In this document: in pieces, positions 25,705 through 38,935 of the stretch
How the letters are laid out: each line of letters opens with the position of its first letter
How positions within the stretch are numbered: position 1 is the first letter of the stretch
From: Mobula hypostoma
Taxonomy: Eukaryota
DNA: 64,000 nt
NCBI RefSeq assembly: GCF_963921235.1
Contig: NC_086106.1
Span: 24,676,001 to 24,740,000 of the forward strand
Direction: 5' to 3'
The notes under the pieces: model-generated
The model's input: the letters and a program-made list of their open reading frames with translations, nothing else
Told to the model about the DNA's origin: nothing
The model's database searches: none
Made by a program: the position numbers and the translations under genes

Positions 25705-26885
25705 TGAAGTATATGGATTTCAGCAAGGCGTTTGATAAAGTACCCCGTGCAAGGCTTATTGAGAAAATAAAGAGGCATGTGATCCAAGGAGACATTGCTT
25801 TGTGGATCTAGAACTGGATTGCCCACAGAATGCAAAGATAAGTTGTGGACATATCATATTCTGCATGGAGGTCGGTCACCAGTGGGTTGACTCAGGGATC
25901 TATTCCAGGACCCTTACCTTTCCTGGTTTTTATAAATAACTTGAATGAGACAGTACAAGGATGGGTTAGTAAGTTTGCCGTTGACACAAATTTGGCTGGT
26001 GTTGTGGATAGTGTAGACGGCTGTCAGAGGTTACAGCGGGTCATTGATAGGATACAAAACAGGGCTGAAAAGTGGCAGATGGAGTTCAACCGAGATAAGT
26101 GTGAAGTAGTACATTTTGGTACGTCAAGTGTGATGTCAGAATATAGTATTAATGGTAAGACCCTTGGCAGTGTGGAGGATCATATGGATCTTGGGATACG
26201 AGTCCATACGCTGCTCAAAGCAGCTGCGCAAATTAACTCTGCAGTTAAGAAGTCGTACGGTGTATTGGCCTTCATCAACCGTGGATTTACATTTAGTAGC
26301 CGAGAGGTAATGTTGCAGCTGTATAGAACCCTGGGCAGACACCATTTGGAGTACTGTGCTCAGTTCTGGTCGCCTCACTTCAGGAAATAAGTTGAAACCA
26401 TGGAAAGGATGCAGAGGAGATTTTAAAAGATGTTGCCTAGGTTGGGGAGAATGCCTTATGAGAATAGGTTGAGTGATTTCGGCCTTCTCTTGGAGCGACG
26501 GAAGATGAGAGGTGACCTGAAATATGTGTATAAGATGATGAGAGGCATTGGTCGTGTGGATATTCAGATGCTTTTTCCCAGGGCTGAAATGGATGCCACA
26601 AGAGAACACATGATTAAGGTGCTGGCGAGTAGGTACAGAGGAGATGTTAGGGGTAGGTGTTTCTCTCGGAGAGTGCTGAGTGCGTGGAATGGGTTGCCCG
26701 CAACTGTGTTGGAGGAGGATACGATAGGGTCTTCTGAGAGACATTTAGTTAGGTACATGGAGCTTAGTAAAAGAAAAGACTAGAGATAAGCCGAGTAATT
26801 TCTAAGGTAGGGACATTTTCGGCACAACTTTGTGGGCCGAAGTGTCTGTATTGTGGTGTAGGTTTTCTATGTTTCTATGTTTCTA
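25705..26885 (+). mobile_element. 5'-truncated CR1 LINE
   Basis: RT fragments (ORFs 25845-26390, 26430-26783) and (TTTCTATG)3 tail. Confidence 0.9.
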
Positions 26886-28379
26886 ATAAACGCGGATACA
26901 CGATCAATTGCGTTTACAGACAGTTTGCGTTCGTGCTGATACAAAGAAGATAAAGTTCGCAATATATTTCGATTGACTACATCTACAAGTCAAAGCACAG
27001 TACAATTGGAAATATGAATGGGGTTTGCTTTCAGAAATTAGATCACGTAATTCCGAGCAGCTTTGATACCATGCGTCTTGATTGTCTGAAGCATTGTACT
27101 TGTTTTTTTTCACAAAACTTAGAGTAAGAGCCTTTAAATAAATTAATATACACGTTCTAACCTATCAAGACTAGTGAACTTTTTGAATGAACTCACAGCA
27201 CTTATCCACCAAAATTGACTTATTGTATAACCACAATCATTGTTATTAATATCTCAATTGGAAATTAGGTGCATTTTCTGATGTAATAACACGTAACCTC
27301 ATACATCCTAAAATCGTCCCTTCTGTATTCTGCCGTTCAATTGACAAATTTAAGCTACCATCAGAAGACACTGTACGAGACCTTTCGATGAATACGACAA
27401 TACACATTCGCTTGACCAATTGCCCTAATATCTGTCCATTCCATTTTGCTGAATTTCGTGAAATATATAGCAAGCACCTTTTTTTTTTAATCTGGAATCA
27501 AGTACTTTGTGCTGCAAAGCTGTTTTTTTTCGGTTACTGGGAAAATTATCCACAAGATAGTATACACTTTATCTTTCCAATTCTGAAAATAAAGGTGAAA
27601 GAGCTAGCCTTTTGTCATTGTCCGAAATAAATACAGTTCATTATTTGGGAAAATGTTAATAAATCTCTTAAATTTCTATCACTTCAGTTCACTTTGCATG
27701 GCTGAGTTAATAAGCTGATATTTTTCACAGTCTTCCGTTCGAGACAGGCTTCCTCCTCCAATCCATTCATTACTGAGAAGGTTTTTGTAATTCCCGCCGC
27801 AATATAAGGTCACCAAACGGCGCAGGTTTGAACGTTACAGCCATTGCGCTCATACCTCACTTACGTTTCACCTAGTCTGAGCATTGCTATTGAGCTAATA
27901 TCTAATGAGGGTATATGCAATTGATCGACAAGGTAGAACCCAGGAAGGTAAAAGTGCGGATGATTTTCTTTTCCATTTATTTTTTATTTGTGTACTCTGA
28001 CTGCAAAATTGGCAGCAAAAAGAAATCCCATAAAGTACCGCTTTTCGTCCGACAATATATATTCTAATGAACTCGACAAGAATTTAATTTACAAAAAATT
28101 CCAGACTTACCTTCAAATGCGAATATATGAATATTACTGTTGGTGAGGTAACAGTGACGTGTTTGATTTCACTAACAGCGGCGGTCGTTCAATCAGACAC
28201 CACTATTATAATCACTGCATTCAAAAGACAGTGGAGCCTGAGCCGGATAACCAGTAGAATCATCTGCTCGCAATAATTTCAATTGTCGGTTACTGGCAGG
28301 TTTTCTCTACCAGTTCAAAAGTGGACAGCCCAGCGTGACCCCACTAGGTAGTGATAAGAAATGGATGATCTTATTGAAT

Positions 28380-29075
28380 GTATAATGTTCACGAGGAAGC
28401 TTTAAGTTCCTCGTGGTCAATATCACAACTGACCTGACTTGGATCAACCAAGCAGTGTCGACTGCCCAGAAGGCCCACCAGCGCCTTTACTTCCTGAAAA
28501 AACTAAATACATTTGGCCTGTCCCCAAAAACCCTCACCATTTTTTTTTATATAAATGCACCGTAGAAAGCATTCTTTTTGGATGCATCACCAATTGCTAT
28601 GGAAGTAGTCCTGCCCAAGACCGGAAGAAGCTGCAGAAGATCGTGAATACGGCACAGCAAATAACACAAACCAATCTTCCATTCTTAGACTCACTTTACA
28701 CCGCACGCTGTCGGAGCAGTGCTGCCAGAAGAATCAAAGACACGACCCACCCAGCCAACACACTTTTTGTCCCTCTTCTCTCAGGGAGAAGGCTCGGGAG
28801 CTCGAAGACTCATACGGCCAGATTTGGTAGCAGCTTCTTTCCAACTGTGATAAGACTAATGAACGGATCCTGACCTGGATCTGGGCTGTACCCTGCCTCT
28901 CGGTTTTTTGCACTACCTTACTTCCAATTTTGTATTTACTATTTCTGATTTATATATTTTTTTAATAATATTTACTATCGATTAGTAGCCCAGGGAGCGG
29001 GAAGCTCAGAATCCAATATCGCTGTGCTGATTTACGCTCTAGTATCAATTGCTTGGCCACAATAAAGTATAAAGT
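28380..29075 (+). mobile_element. Rex1/Babar- or L2-like LINE 3' fragment
   Basis: KCTVESILFGCITNCYGS..DRKKLQKIVNTAQQIT..SFFPTVIRLMN; AATAAA and (AAAGTAT)n tail. Confidence 0.7.
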
Positions 29076-29389
29076 ATACTCGTGGATAGCTTCTCCGGTG
29101 TTTATGAGGTGATTAGGGGTCAATCCACTAATTGTGTGGTCGCTAAGTGCACGCAACTCATATTTGAATAGTAAATAAGGTAAATTTTATAAACCGACAC
29201 TGAAGAGATTTTCATTCATCCATTCCTACTGGATGATCAGACAAGAGTTCATGAGTTTTCAATCTCCCTGGACATTAAACAACAACAGCAACAAAAACGA
29301 CAACAACAATACGATGAAGATTTTCCTCTGAGGAGAAGAAGATGACGATTTTAATGCTGACGACTTGTGAAGAGATTACCAGATAGTGA

Positions 29390-29880
29390 CATAAGGGCAT
29401 GTTCTCAGTGATGGTGACTGGCGAGGAGTCCGCAGTGAAGCATACCAACTCTTCGGCGTATCGCCTTTGGCAGGTATCCTGGGTTCGTTTGAATGTTGTG
29501 TCAATGATGAAGCTGGCTGACTTTAAAATGTTATACTTTTTTTTTTGTTTGTTTTTTGTTCCTGTGCAGTTGCCCCACCATACCATACACAGATGCAAAC
29601 AATAATAATAGTCCCCATATATCTCTAGAAAGTACTGTGAGTATTTGATGGAAGACCAGTTCTCAAGCCTCCAGTGACAATTAGCCGCTGCAATGCCTTC
29701 TTTGTAATTGTGCCCAGTACAAATCCACAGTGGTGTAGATAACCACGAATTCGAAACTGCATATCCTTTGCACTGCTGATTGATATGTGCTCCATCTACT
29801 TCCATTCCTGAAGTCCAAAATGAATTTTGGTCTTACCAAGCCAACACTCAAGCATTGATCTCTAAGAAGAAGAAGAAACA
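29390..29880 (-). mobile_element. Rex1/L2-like LINE 3' fragment related to 7740-8150
   Basis: ORF 29275-29805 contains WWGNCTGT..ILKSASFII. Confidence 0.55.
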
Positions 29881-30774
29881 TAAATACCTGCTGGAGCTGT
29901 TGTACTTCCGCTTTTGCATCATACTTTAATATGGTAATAAATTACGCGAAGAAACGCTGCATGCTGCATAACAACACAGCTCGAGCAATGTACATCATCT
30001 TGTGCAAGTGCAATCTAGCAAATATCTGAGAAAAAGTTAGAAAATATAAAAGTTCCCATCTTCACTGGTTTGCACGATAACAGGAATAACGACAAACACC
30101 TCTCCCATCGATGGTACAGTAAGCAGTACGTACAAATACTCAGTGGCATTGAAAACAACTGGACAAAATAAACTCTGGGCTTCCATTAAGTCTCAAAGAC
30201 GTCTACACAAATAAACAACGCTACCATCTTTTCGATAAGTTCTGAAGTTATTCAGACAAAAGCTAAATTGGCAGACACCGGTGAGAGACGAAGAAATGTT
30301 ACGCGCCAGAAATTTTAGCTCGTTTCAGCATTTTCATAAAAAATCTCCTCCCCCTGTGTTCTGCCTGCAATCGACCAGAGATATTCACTGTCTGATATTA
30401 CCTCTTTTTTGGCACACTTACTTCGTAACACCGCTTTTCATACTTCTAGCATAATCTGCCTCAACGTGCAAGCGCAGATTGATGACAATTTTCTCCAAGA
30501 CGCCCACCAGCTTCATTACATTCGCTGACCGACGAGCGGCACTGTGTATTTAATACTGACACACAAAGACTTTAATCCATACTTTACATATCTTTGTCAG
30601 TTGCGAGTTGACATGTCGAATCCTGCAAAACGTTTGAAAGCTTTTTGTCACAGATTTGATGCTGTTAGATTGCGCTTGAGGTTGGTTGTTTTAGACAGAT
30701 TTCGCCGTATTTTTAATCCGACAGTCTGTTTGCACTGCACAGTTACAGGATTACAGAGTCGGGGAAACGTTATT

Positions 30775-31284
30775 ATAAGGGACGGATTCCTGCCGCACCT
30801 CATTACTATGTTCCTCCTCGGTAAATTGTTACTTCACCGTAATAACCGATATTAATGTAGAATACTACTTTAATACCGGAGGCTACTCTAGAGTAGTACC
30901 GTAATATTCCAAAATACTCTAACTATGCTTCAGCGACGCATATGCTATTTAGGGTTGCAATTTGTTGGAAATGTTGATTGTGATTTCTTATTTATTTTAC
31001 AGTTAAACTAGAATCATTAATGCATTGTGGAACAGTTCCTCAGTTAAACAATCTTCCATGAAAACAAAACATTATACTGTTTTGAATTTAACTGTGCAAC
31101 CAGGTGGTGCTCTCACAGATGTGCTCCTGAGCAGACAACAACCGAAGTAATTGTTGCAGATTTCAGCAGAGAAAGTAAATCGACAAAAAATATATATACA
31201 TAACTGCTCTGTTCAAACCCGACTCCGCCATGTGCCTCCGCGAAAGACAATGCATCAAAGTCTATTTTGCACTGAACAAAAAAC
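30775..31284 (+). pseudogene. Highly decayed V segment V3 (leader 30775-30820, V remnant ~31007-31245, RSS remnant 31246-31284)
   Basis: 46-nt leader with ATG>ATA (IRDGFLPHLITMFLL|GT); acceptor AG>AA; VEQ, ENKTLYC and DSAM remnants; GACAATG + 23 nt + ACAAAAAAC; exon ~60 nt short. Confidence 0.75.
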
Positions 31285-31829
31285 ACTTTCAAAAATGTAA
31301 GGTGAGCTCGATAGAGGGCAAGCTAATAAAAAGAAAAAAAAGGCTGGCAAAGAAATGTGGAGAGAAATTCTTACTAACGTCAGAAGGCTTAATTGAATGG
31401 TTTTAAAATATCAACTCTCCAGCACAAACGCGTTAATATTCTCTTCTATATTTTTTTGTATATCTTTTGCATTTTGATCGTTTTAACTGTGCTCCCACTA
31501 GAATCTGATTTCACGTCTTCGGTGTTGTTGAACTGTAACATTCCTCCTTAAGTCTTGCATTACCACAGTGGACAATACCAATAGATTGATATTTTGAAGG
31601 GAGTAGTCGATGGATAGACAGCAAAATGGCAAAATACGTGCTCATATTCTGATCGGACAAAACTTCCCATCAACACCAGAAATGAACAAACGTATGGTTA
31701 TCTAACACAGCAACAATATTATCGCTGGGGAGTTTAGTCAACGGTTGGTACACGTACTTCTGATATATTTTATAAACAGACAGACTCTCACAGCTATCTT
31801 CACGATACCTCTTCTCACACATTCACTGG

Positions 31830-32410
31830 TAAAAATGGTCGCCCTTGGTCATTGTTATTCTCTCTCCTCTGTGTTCCGTTCTCAGTATGATGCTTTCAAT
31901 AAAAGGGAAAAAACGTTTACGATGTATTATTCTGTAAAATATAGGGGTTCCCTTCCTCTAAAATCGATACTGCACACACACGCATCTACTACATTTTTCA
32001 TCGTCCCATCGCCGTGAGAGGGATAAAGTTCCCATTGTACTTCCGAGACTCGGCCAGTACATCACGCCACAGAACTTCCGCTATCGTCCACAAGACATGT
32101 TTCGAAGCACAACTTTCTCTCAACCTTTTTGCTGGGATCACCCTCTCCGTGACTCCATTTCATGCGCAACTGCGTACGGAACTCCACGCTGTCACTTTTT
32201 CTTGCAAATGGAATAGGTGCTAATTTTTCCCATCACCTCCTCGCTCATCTCCAATCAGGGCCCAATCAGTCTTTCCAGATGATTCAATAGTTTACTCGCC
32301 TGTATTTCGTGGGCACCAACTTTGCCTGACACTCCAGGCGCGGCCTAGAATGATATAATAATATCGAACTGGATTGGGGAGCTTCTTCGGGCATCTTCGC
32401 TCTGTCCTTA
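31830..32410 (+). mobile_element. Old degraded Penelope fragment (RT C-terminus to GIY-YIG)
   Basis: Nucleotide similarity to copy 1 (GATAAAGTTCCC, CAGAACTTCCGC, CAGGGCCCAATCAGTCTTTCCAG). Confidence 0.65.
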
Positions 32411-32549
32411 AAAACAAAGTTCAAAGTAATTTTACTATTGAGATCATTTTCTTGTGAGCATACTCATGAAATTCAGTAACTGTAATAGAGTCATTGAAAT
32501 ATGGAACACAACAGTGCAGACAATTGATAGTAATAATAATATTACCAGA

Positions 32550-32610
32550 AAGAAGAAGAAGAAGAAGAAGAAGAAGAAAAAGGAGGTGGTGGAGGAGGAG
32601 GACGAGGAGG
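32550..32610 (+). repeat. (AAG)n / (GAG)n microsatellite
   Basis: About nine AAG units followed by an imperfect GGA run. Confidence 0.9.
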
Positions 32611-32990
32611 AAAATGATATCCAGAGCATGAAATTAATAAGTCCTTGAAAGCGAGTCGATAGCTTGGAGGAACAGTTAACTGATGGGAAAGTTTTCCCCC
32701 TCTGTTTCAACAGCGTAATATTTGACAGGTAAGACATTTCCCTGAACCTAGAAACGTGAGTTTTGTGTCTCATTTACCCTCCATGATGGCGAACCGCATG
32801 GGGCCCATGGCTCGAGTGGTGGGAGCCCCTGATCATGAATGCTGCTTTCTTGCGACAGCGGTCTGTGTAAATATGCTTAATGATGTGGAATGTTTTACAG
32901 GTGGTGGACTTGGATGTATCAAGTACTGTTAACAGGATCATAGTTGCTGGTGAACGCAGCAGGCCAAGCAGCATCTATAGGAAGAGGCGC

Positions 32991-33026
32991 AGTCGACGTT
33001 TCAGGTCGAGACCCTTCGTCAGGTCT
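32991..33026 (-). ncRNA. Hammerhead motif (stem I mismatch)
   Basis: Minus strand: AGAC CTGACGA AGG gtctcga CCT GAAA CGTC GACT. Confidence 0.7.
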
Positions 33027-35210
33027 AACTGAAGGAAGAGTGAGTAAGGGATTTGAAAGCTGGAGGGGGAGGGGGAGATGCAACATGATAGGAGAAGACA
33101 GGAGGGGGAGGGATAGAGCCGAGAGCTGGACAGGTGATAGGCAAAAGGGGATACGAGAGGATCATGGGACAGAAGTTCCGAGAAGAAAGACAAGGGGGGG
33201 GGTGACCCAGAGGATGGGCAAGAGGTATATTCAGAAGGACAGAGGGAGAAAAAGGAGAGTGAGAGCAAGAATGTGTGCATAAAAATGAGTAACAGATGGG
33301 GTACGAGGGGGAGGTGGGGCCTAGCGGAAGTTAGAGAAGTCAATGTTCATGCCATCAGGTTGGAGGCTACCCAGACGGAATATAAGGTGTTGTTCCTCCA
33401 ACCTGAGTGTGGCTTCCTCTTTACAGTAGAGGAGGCCGTGGATAGACATGTCAGAATGGGAATGGGATGTGGAATTAAAATGTGTGACACTTCTCACGCT
33501 CTTAAACTTTTCGATGATTTTAAGTTCCCTGGCCCCCACCGCTTTATTTTCACCATGGATGTCAAGTCCTTATATACTTCCATCCCCCATCAGGTAGGTG
33601 TCAAAGCTCTACGCTTCTTTTTTGGATTCCAGACCTAATCAGTTCCCCTCTACCACCACTCTGCTCCGTCTAGCGGAATTAGTCCTTACTCTTAATAATT
33701 TCTCCATTTGCTCCTCCCATTTCCTCCAAACTAAAGGTGTAGCTATGGGCACCCGTATGGGTCCTAGCTATGCCTGCCTTTTTGTTGGGTTTGTGGAACA
33801 ATCCATGTTCCGTGCCTATTCTGGTATCTGTCCCCCACTTTTCCTTCGCTACATCGACGACTGCATTGGCGCTGCTTCCCGCACGCATGCAGAACTCGTT
33901 GACTTTATTAACTTTGCCTCCAACTTTCACCCTGCCCTCAAGTTTACCTGGTCCATTTCCGACACCTCCCTCCCCTTTCTAGATCTTTCTGTCTCTGTCT
34001 CTGGAGACAGCTTATCCACTGATGTCTACTATAAGCCTACTGACTCTCACAGCTATCTGGGCTATTCCTCTTCTCACCCTGTCTCTTGCAAAAACGCCAT
34101 CCCCTTCTCGCAATTCCTCCGTCTCCGCCGGATCTGCTCTCAGGATGAGACTTTTCATTCTAGGACGAAGGAGATGTCTTCATTTTTTAAAGAAAGGGGC
34201 TTCCCTTCCTCCACTATCAACTCTGCTCTTAAACGCATCTCCCCCATTTCACGTACATCTGCTCTCACTCCATACTCCCACCACCCCACTAGGAATAGGT
34301 TCCCCTGGTCCTCACCTACCACCCCACCAGCCTCCGGGTCCAACATATTATTCTCCGTAACTTCCGCCACCTCCAACGGGATCCCACCACTAAGCACATC
34401 TTTCCCTCCCCCCCTCTCTCTGCATTCCGCAGGGATCGCTCCCTACACAACTCCCTTGTCCATTCGTCCCCTCCATCCCTCCCCACTGATCTCCCTCCTG
34501 GCACTTATCCGTGTAAGCGGAACAAGTGCTACACATGCCCTTACACTTCCTCCCTTACCACCATTCAGGGCCCCAAACAGTCCTTCCCGGTGAGGCATCA
34601 CTTCACCTGTGAGTCGACTGGGGTGATATACTGCGTCCGGTGCTCCCGATGTGGCCTTTTATATATTGGTGAGATCCGACGCAGACTGGGAGACCGCTTT
34701 GCTGAACATCTACGCTCTGTCCGCCAGAGAAAGCAGGATCTCCCAGTGGCCACACATTTTAATTCCACATCCCATTCCAATTCTGACATGTCTATCCACG
34801 GCCTCCTCTACTGTAAATATGAAGCCACACTCAGGTTGGAGGAACAACACCTTATATTTCGTCTGGGTAGCCTCCAACCTGATGGCATGAACATTGACTT
34901 CTCTAACTTCCGCTAGGCCCCACCTCCCCCTCGTACCCCATCTGTTACTCATTTTTATGCACACATTCTTTCTCTCACTCTCCTTTTTCTCTCTCTGTCC
35001 CTCTGAATATACCTCTTGCCCATCCTCTGGGTCACCCCCCCCCTTGTCTTTCTTCCCGGACCTCCTGTCCCATGATCTTCTCGTATCCCCTTTTGCCTAT
35101 CACCTGTCCAGCTCTCGGCTCTATCTCTCCCCCTCCTGTCTTCTCCTATCATTTTGCATCTCCCCCTCCCCCTCTAGCTTTCAAATCCCTTACTCACTCT
35201 TCCTTCAGTT

Positions 35211-35246
35211 AGTCCTGACGAAGGGTCTCGGCCTGAAACTTCGACT
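35211..35246 (+). ncRNA. Hammerhead motif (stem III mutated, GAAACTTC)
   Basis: AGTC CTGACGA AGG gtctcgg CCT GAAA CTTC GACT. Confidence 0.65.
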
Positions 35247-37028
35247 GCGCCTCTTCCTATAGATGCTGCTTGGCCTGCTGCGTTCACCAGCAACTTTGAT
35301 GTATGTTGCTTGAATTTCCAGCATCTGCATAATTCCTGTTGTTTACTGTTAACAGGATGTTCCGTTCACAGACATTGTAGTTTCCATGTAAGTCTGTGAT
35401 GAAGCTAATCAACATAATTTTACGTAGGAGCGTGCCCATGCCTGATCGTACTTTCCCAAACTCAAGGAAGTAGCGGCTCTGCTTCCGAGGGTTGATAAAT
35501 TTAAAGTTGCTGACCCTCCCTGCCACTGATTCCTCTGACAAAGTCTGGGACATGTACCTCAGTTCTCCTCTACCTGAAATCAACCACCAGCACCCTGGGT
35601 CTTATTCACTTTGAATAAGATAATATTGTTGTGACAGATTTCAATCTACCTCCTCTCTGCTGAATCGTTATCACTCTTGATTCGGCATACAATATCGTCA
35701 GCAAATGAAAATATAGCGGTTGAACTGATGGTAGCCACATAGTCAGAAGTATAAAGTGAATAGAATAGGGGAAATAGCACACAGACATGTGGTGCAACTG
35801 TGCTGATGGAGATTATGGGTGAGATATTGTTGCTAATCCGAACTCTACTGGGTCTGCATGTTTGGAAATCGAGCACACAAAACATCCCAGTAAATCTAAT
35901 CCACACAATCTCTAATGTTCCTACATCCTTCCGAAAAGCAGGCAACCTGAACTCAATAACAGTCCCAGTGTGATCTACTTAGTGTTTTATGGAGCCGAAG
36001 CATTACCTCGGAGCTGTTGAACTCCATCCTGCGATTTCCGACGCTCACCGAAACAGAAACTCTCTCAACAAATCTTTAGAGCTGCTAAATATACTCCTAT
36101 ATATTCTATATTGAACTTGCAGAGGAACAACTGAGAGCTGAGAGGTCCTGTGTAGGGTAGATACATCACTGTATTGACCACAAGCTCAAGGTAGAAGTTG
36201 CTCAGATCACTGCATCAGGCTTCTGAAGGTACGTACCCGATCCAGGGTCGGTTTGGGTTTCAAAGCCTTCGGTTCCTGAGAATATTTGTCAGGGCGTGAA
36301 ATGCTACGGGGAGAATACAAAATAATCTGCTGATGGGGCAGTAACTTAGCCATGATAAAATGACGGAAAAAATGGACGGGCCGAATTCTGCTCATTCTTA
36401 TTCTGCTTATTCTGTTCCTATTTCGCATACTATTCTGCTTTGCGGAAAAAAATAAATGGTGCTTCGTTTTCGACTGAAGAAGTAGAAATTCTCTGGCAGC
36501 CATGCAGAAAGACTCTCTGCAACAGTAACGAAAGCCAGTCATTGGGACCGGCTGACTTCAGTCAGCTCTCCGTTCCAAGTGGTCTGGCTTTTCAAAAAGA
36601 CGTTCAGCGACGTTTCGATGACAGACTCTGACATATTCTTCAGGGATGGTGCTGAGTCCAAAAGTCATTGGGGCTGCACAGCAGTTTTGTGTCGTTGAAC
36701 CTCCACTATCGCCGATTTGTCCAGACAGAGCAAATGGATACCCTCCTGTGTACCTTCACGCGGGTGTCTGCAGTGCGTCTCTTTTCCGACATATACGCTG
36801 CTCCGCATTCACAGGAAGCTGTTAAACTTCAGCCTTACTGAGTCTCACATAAAACTTGAACGACATAAGCTGTGATCTGAGCTTCCTTACTGGTTTGTGG
36901 ATACTATCAATCCGTATATTTTTAAATCCTTACGAACCGTCAGGAGATTCCTCCACGTTTCCCGGTTTTTCAGTCTGCGCTTGTAAAGGTAAATTTAATT
37001 TTTTTCCACGTTTCCCCAATTCTGCAGG

Positions 37029-38500
37029 TAGAAACATGGACACGTTGAAACCCTACAGCACAATACAGGTCCTTCGGCCCACAAAGTTGTGCCGAACATA
37101 TCCGGATCTCAGAACTATCTAGGCTTACCCATAGCCCCCTATTTTACTAAGCTCAATGTATCCATCCATGAGACTCTTAAAAGACCCTATCGTTTCCGCC
37201 CCTGCCAACTCCGCCGGTAGCACATTCCACGCTCTCAGCACTCTCTGCGTAAAAACTTAATCCTGACATCCCTTCTGTACCTAATTCCAAAGACCATAAA
37301 ACTGTGCCCTCGCGTGCTAGCCATATTAGCCTTGGGGGAGAACCTCTGACTAGCCACACGATCAATGCCTCTCATTATCTTATGCACCTCTATCAGTTCA
37401 CCTCTCATCCTCCGTTCGTCCAAGGAGAAAATGCCGGATTCACTCAATCTATTCTCATAAGGCATGCTCCCCAATCCATGCACCATCCTTGTAAATCTCC
37501 TCTGCACCCTTCCTATGGTTTTCATGTTAGTCCTGTAGTGAGGCGTGCTGAATTGAGCACAGTATTCCAGCTGGGTTCTGACCAGGGTCCAATATACCTG
37601 CAACATTGCCTTTCGGCTTTTAAACTCAATCGCACGATTGATAAATGTCAATGCACCATATGCCTTCTTAACCAGAGAGTCAACCTACGTAGCAATGTTG
37701 AGTGTCCTATGAACTCGGACGCCAAGTTACCTTTGATCCTTCACACTGCTAAAAGTCTTGCAAATAATGCTATATGCTTCCATCATATTCGACCTACCAA
37801 AATAAACCTTCTCACACTTACCTGGGTGGAACTCCATCTACCACTTGTCAGACCAGTTTTGCATCATATCGATGTCCCACTATAACCTCTGACTGCCCTC
37901 CACACTGTCAACAACCCACCCAACATCGTGTCATCAGCAAATTTACTGACCCATCCTTCCACCACCTCATCCAGGTAATTAGTAAAACCAAAAAGGGTGG
38001 GGGTCCCAGAACACATCCCTACGACACACCACAAGTCACTAGCCTCCATGCAGAATATGACCCGTCTGCAACCACACTTTGCCTTCTGTGGCAACCCAGT
38101 TCCGGATCCCTAAAGCAATGTCCCCTAAGATCCCATGGCTCCATACTTTCTCAATAAGCCTTGCACGGCGTACCTTATCAAAGGCCTTGCTAAAATCCAT
38201 ATATACTACATCTACGGCTCTATCCACATCAATGCATTTAGTCACATATTAAAAACATTCAGTCAGGTTCGTAAGCCACGACCTGCCTTTGACAAAGCCA
38301 TGCTGACTATTGCTAGTCATATTCTGCCTCTCGAAATATTCTTAAATCCGGCCTCTCAGGATCTTCTCCTCTGTCCCTACTTCCAAGAACTTTAAAACTA
38401 TGCCCTCTCATGATAGCCCTTACAGCCCTGGGGAAGAAAAAAAAAGCCTCTGACTATCCACACGATCGATGCCTCTCATTATCTTTTAAACCTCTGCGTA
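37029..38500 (-). mobile_element. Degraded 5'-truncated CR1 LINE with a duplicated 3' piece at ~38395-38500
   Basis: ORFs 38039-38245 (VYMDFSKAFDKV), 37864-38094 (FADDT), 37235-37651 (LEYCAQFSTPHY). Confidence 0.88.
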
Positions 38501-38654
38501 GTGCCCAAGCGTCTTACTATATCGTGGCGAGTCTCTGGGTCCAAAATAGATCCATATCGTTAATTAAAGTAGAAACCGGCATTAAGGACAACTGGAACTG
38601 TATCCGTTTGGAATACCTGGGGAAATCGTCTGCAGCAGAACATTGCATTCGAAC

Positions 38655-38935
38655 ACCAAACTAGATGCAGCTGGTTGAAAGCATTCCTCAAGCATATAAA
38701 ACCATTAAATGCAACATGTCACTAAAGATTCATATTTTTGTATTCCCATTTAGACCTCTTCACTGCAAATCCCGGTGCTGTCAGTGACGAGCATGGTGAA
38801 AGGTTTCAGCAGGATATTGACGTCTTGGAGAAGAGATACCAGGACGACTAGAATCCATCAATGCTGGCGAATTATTGCTGGACACTTAAGCGACAAGCCT
38901 CAAACTGTGAATACAAATAAAATAATTAACAAAAT
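38655..38935 (+). mobile_element. DNA transposase C-terminal remnant, Chapaev/CMC-like
   Basis: Across one frameshift: QLVESIPQAYKTIKCNMSLKIH / FLYSHLDLFTANPGAVSDEHGERFQQDIDVLEKRYQDD*NPSMLANYCWTLKR. Family assignment is from recalled motif similarity, not a search. Confidence 0.62.

Larger units (their letters stand above)
32939..35343. mobile_element. Penelope copy 2: inverted 3' segment (32939-33486, minus) + forward RT-GIY-YIG (33484-35343), 15-bp TSD
   Basis: TACTGTTAACAGGAT at 32924-32938 and 35344-35358; GTG microhomology at the inversion junction; RT frameshifted. Confidence 0.93.
32410..35990 (-). mobile_element. Rex1/L2-like LINE remnant split by the Penelope insertion at 32939-35343
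   Basis: Minus ORF 35646-35945 (ISTVAPHVCVLFPLFYSLYT..FADD); 3' part lies left of 32938. Confidence 0.6.

Noticed and set aside
31097-31111. CAACCAGGTGGTG CTCF-like match inside V3
   Set aside because: Single occurrence overlapping the decayed Trp codon region; not present in paralogues.
32444-32773. ORFs with poly-Phe or poly-Lys
   Set aside because: Translation of the (AAG)n microsatellite.
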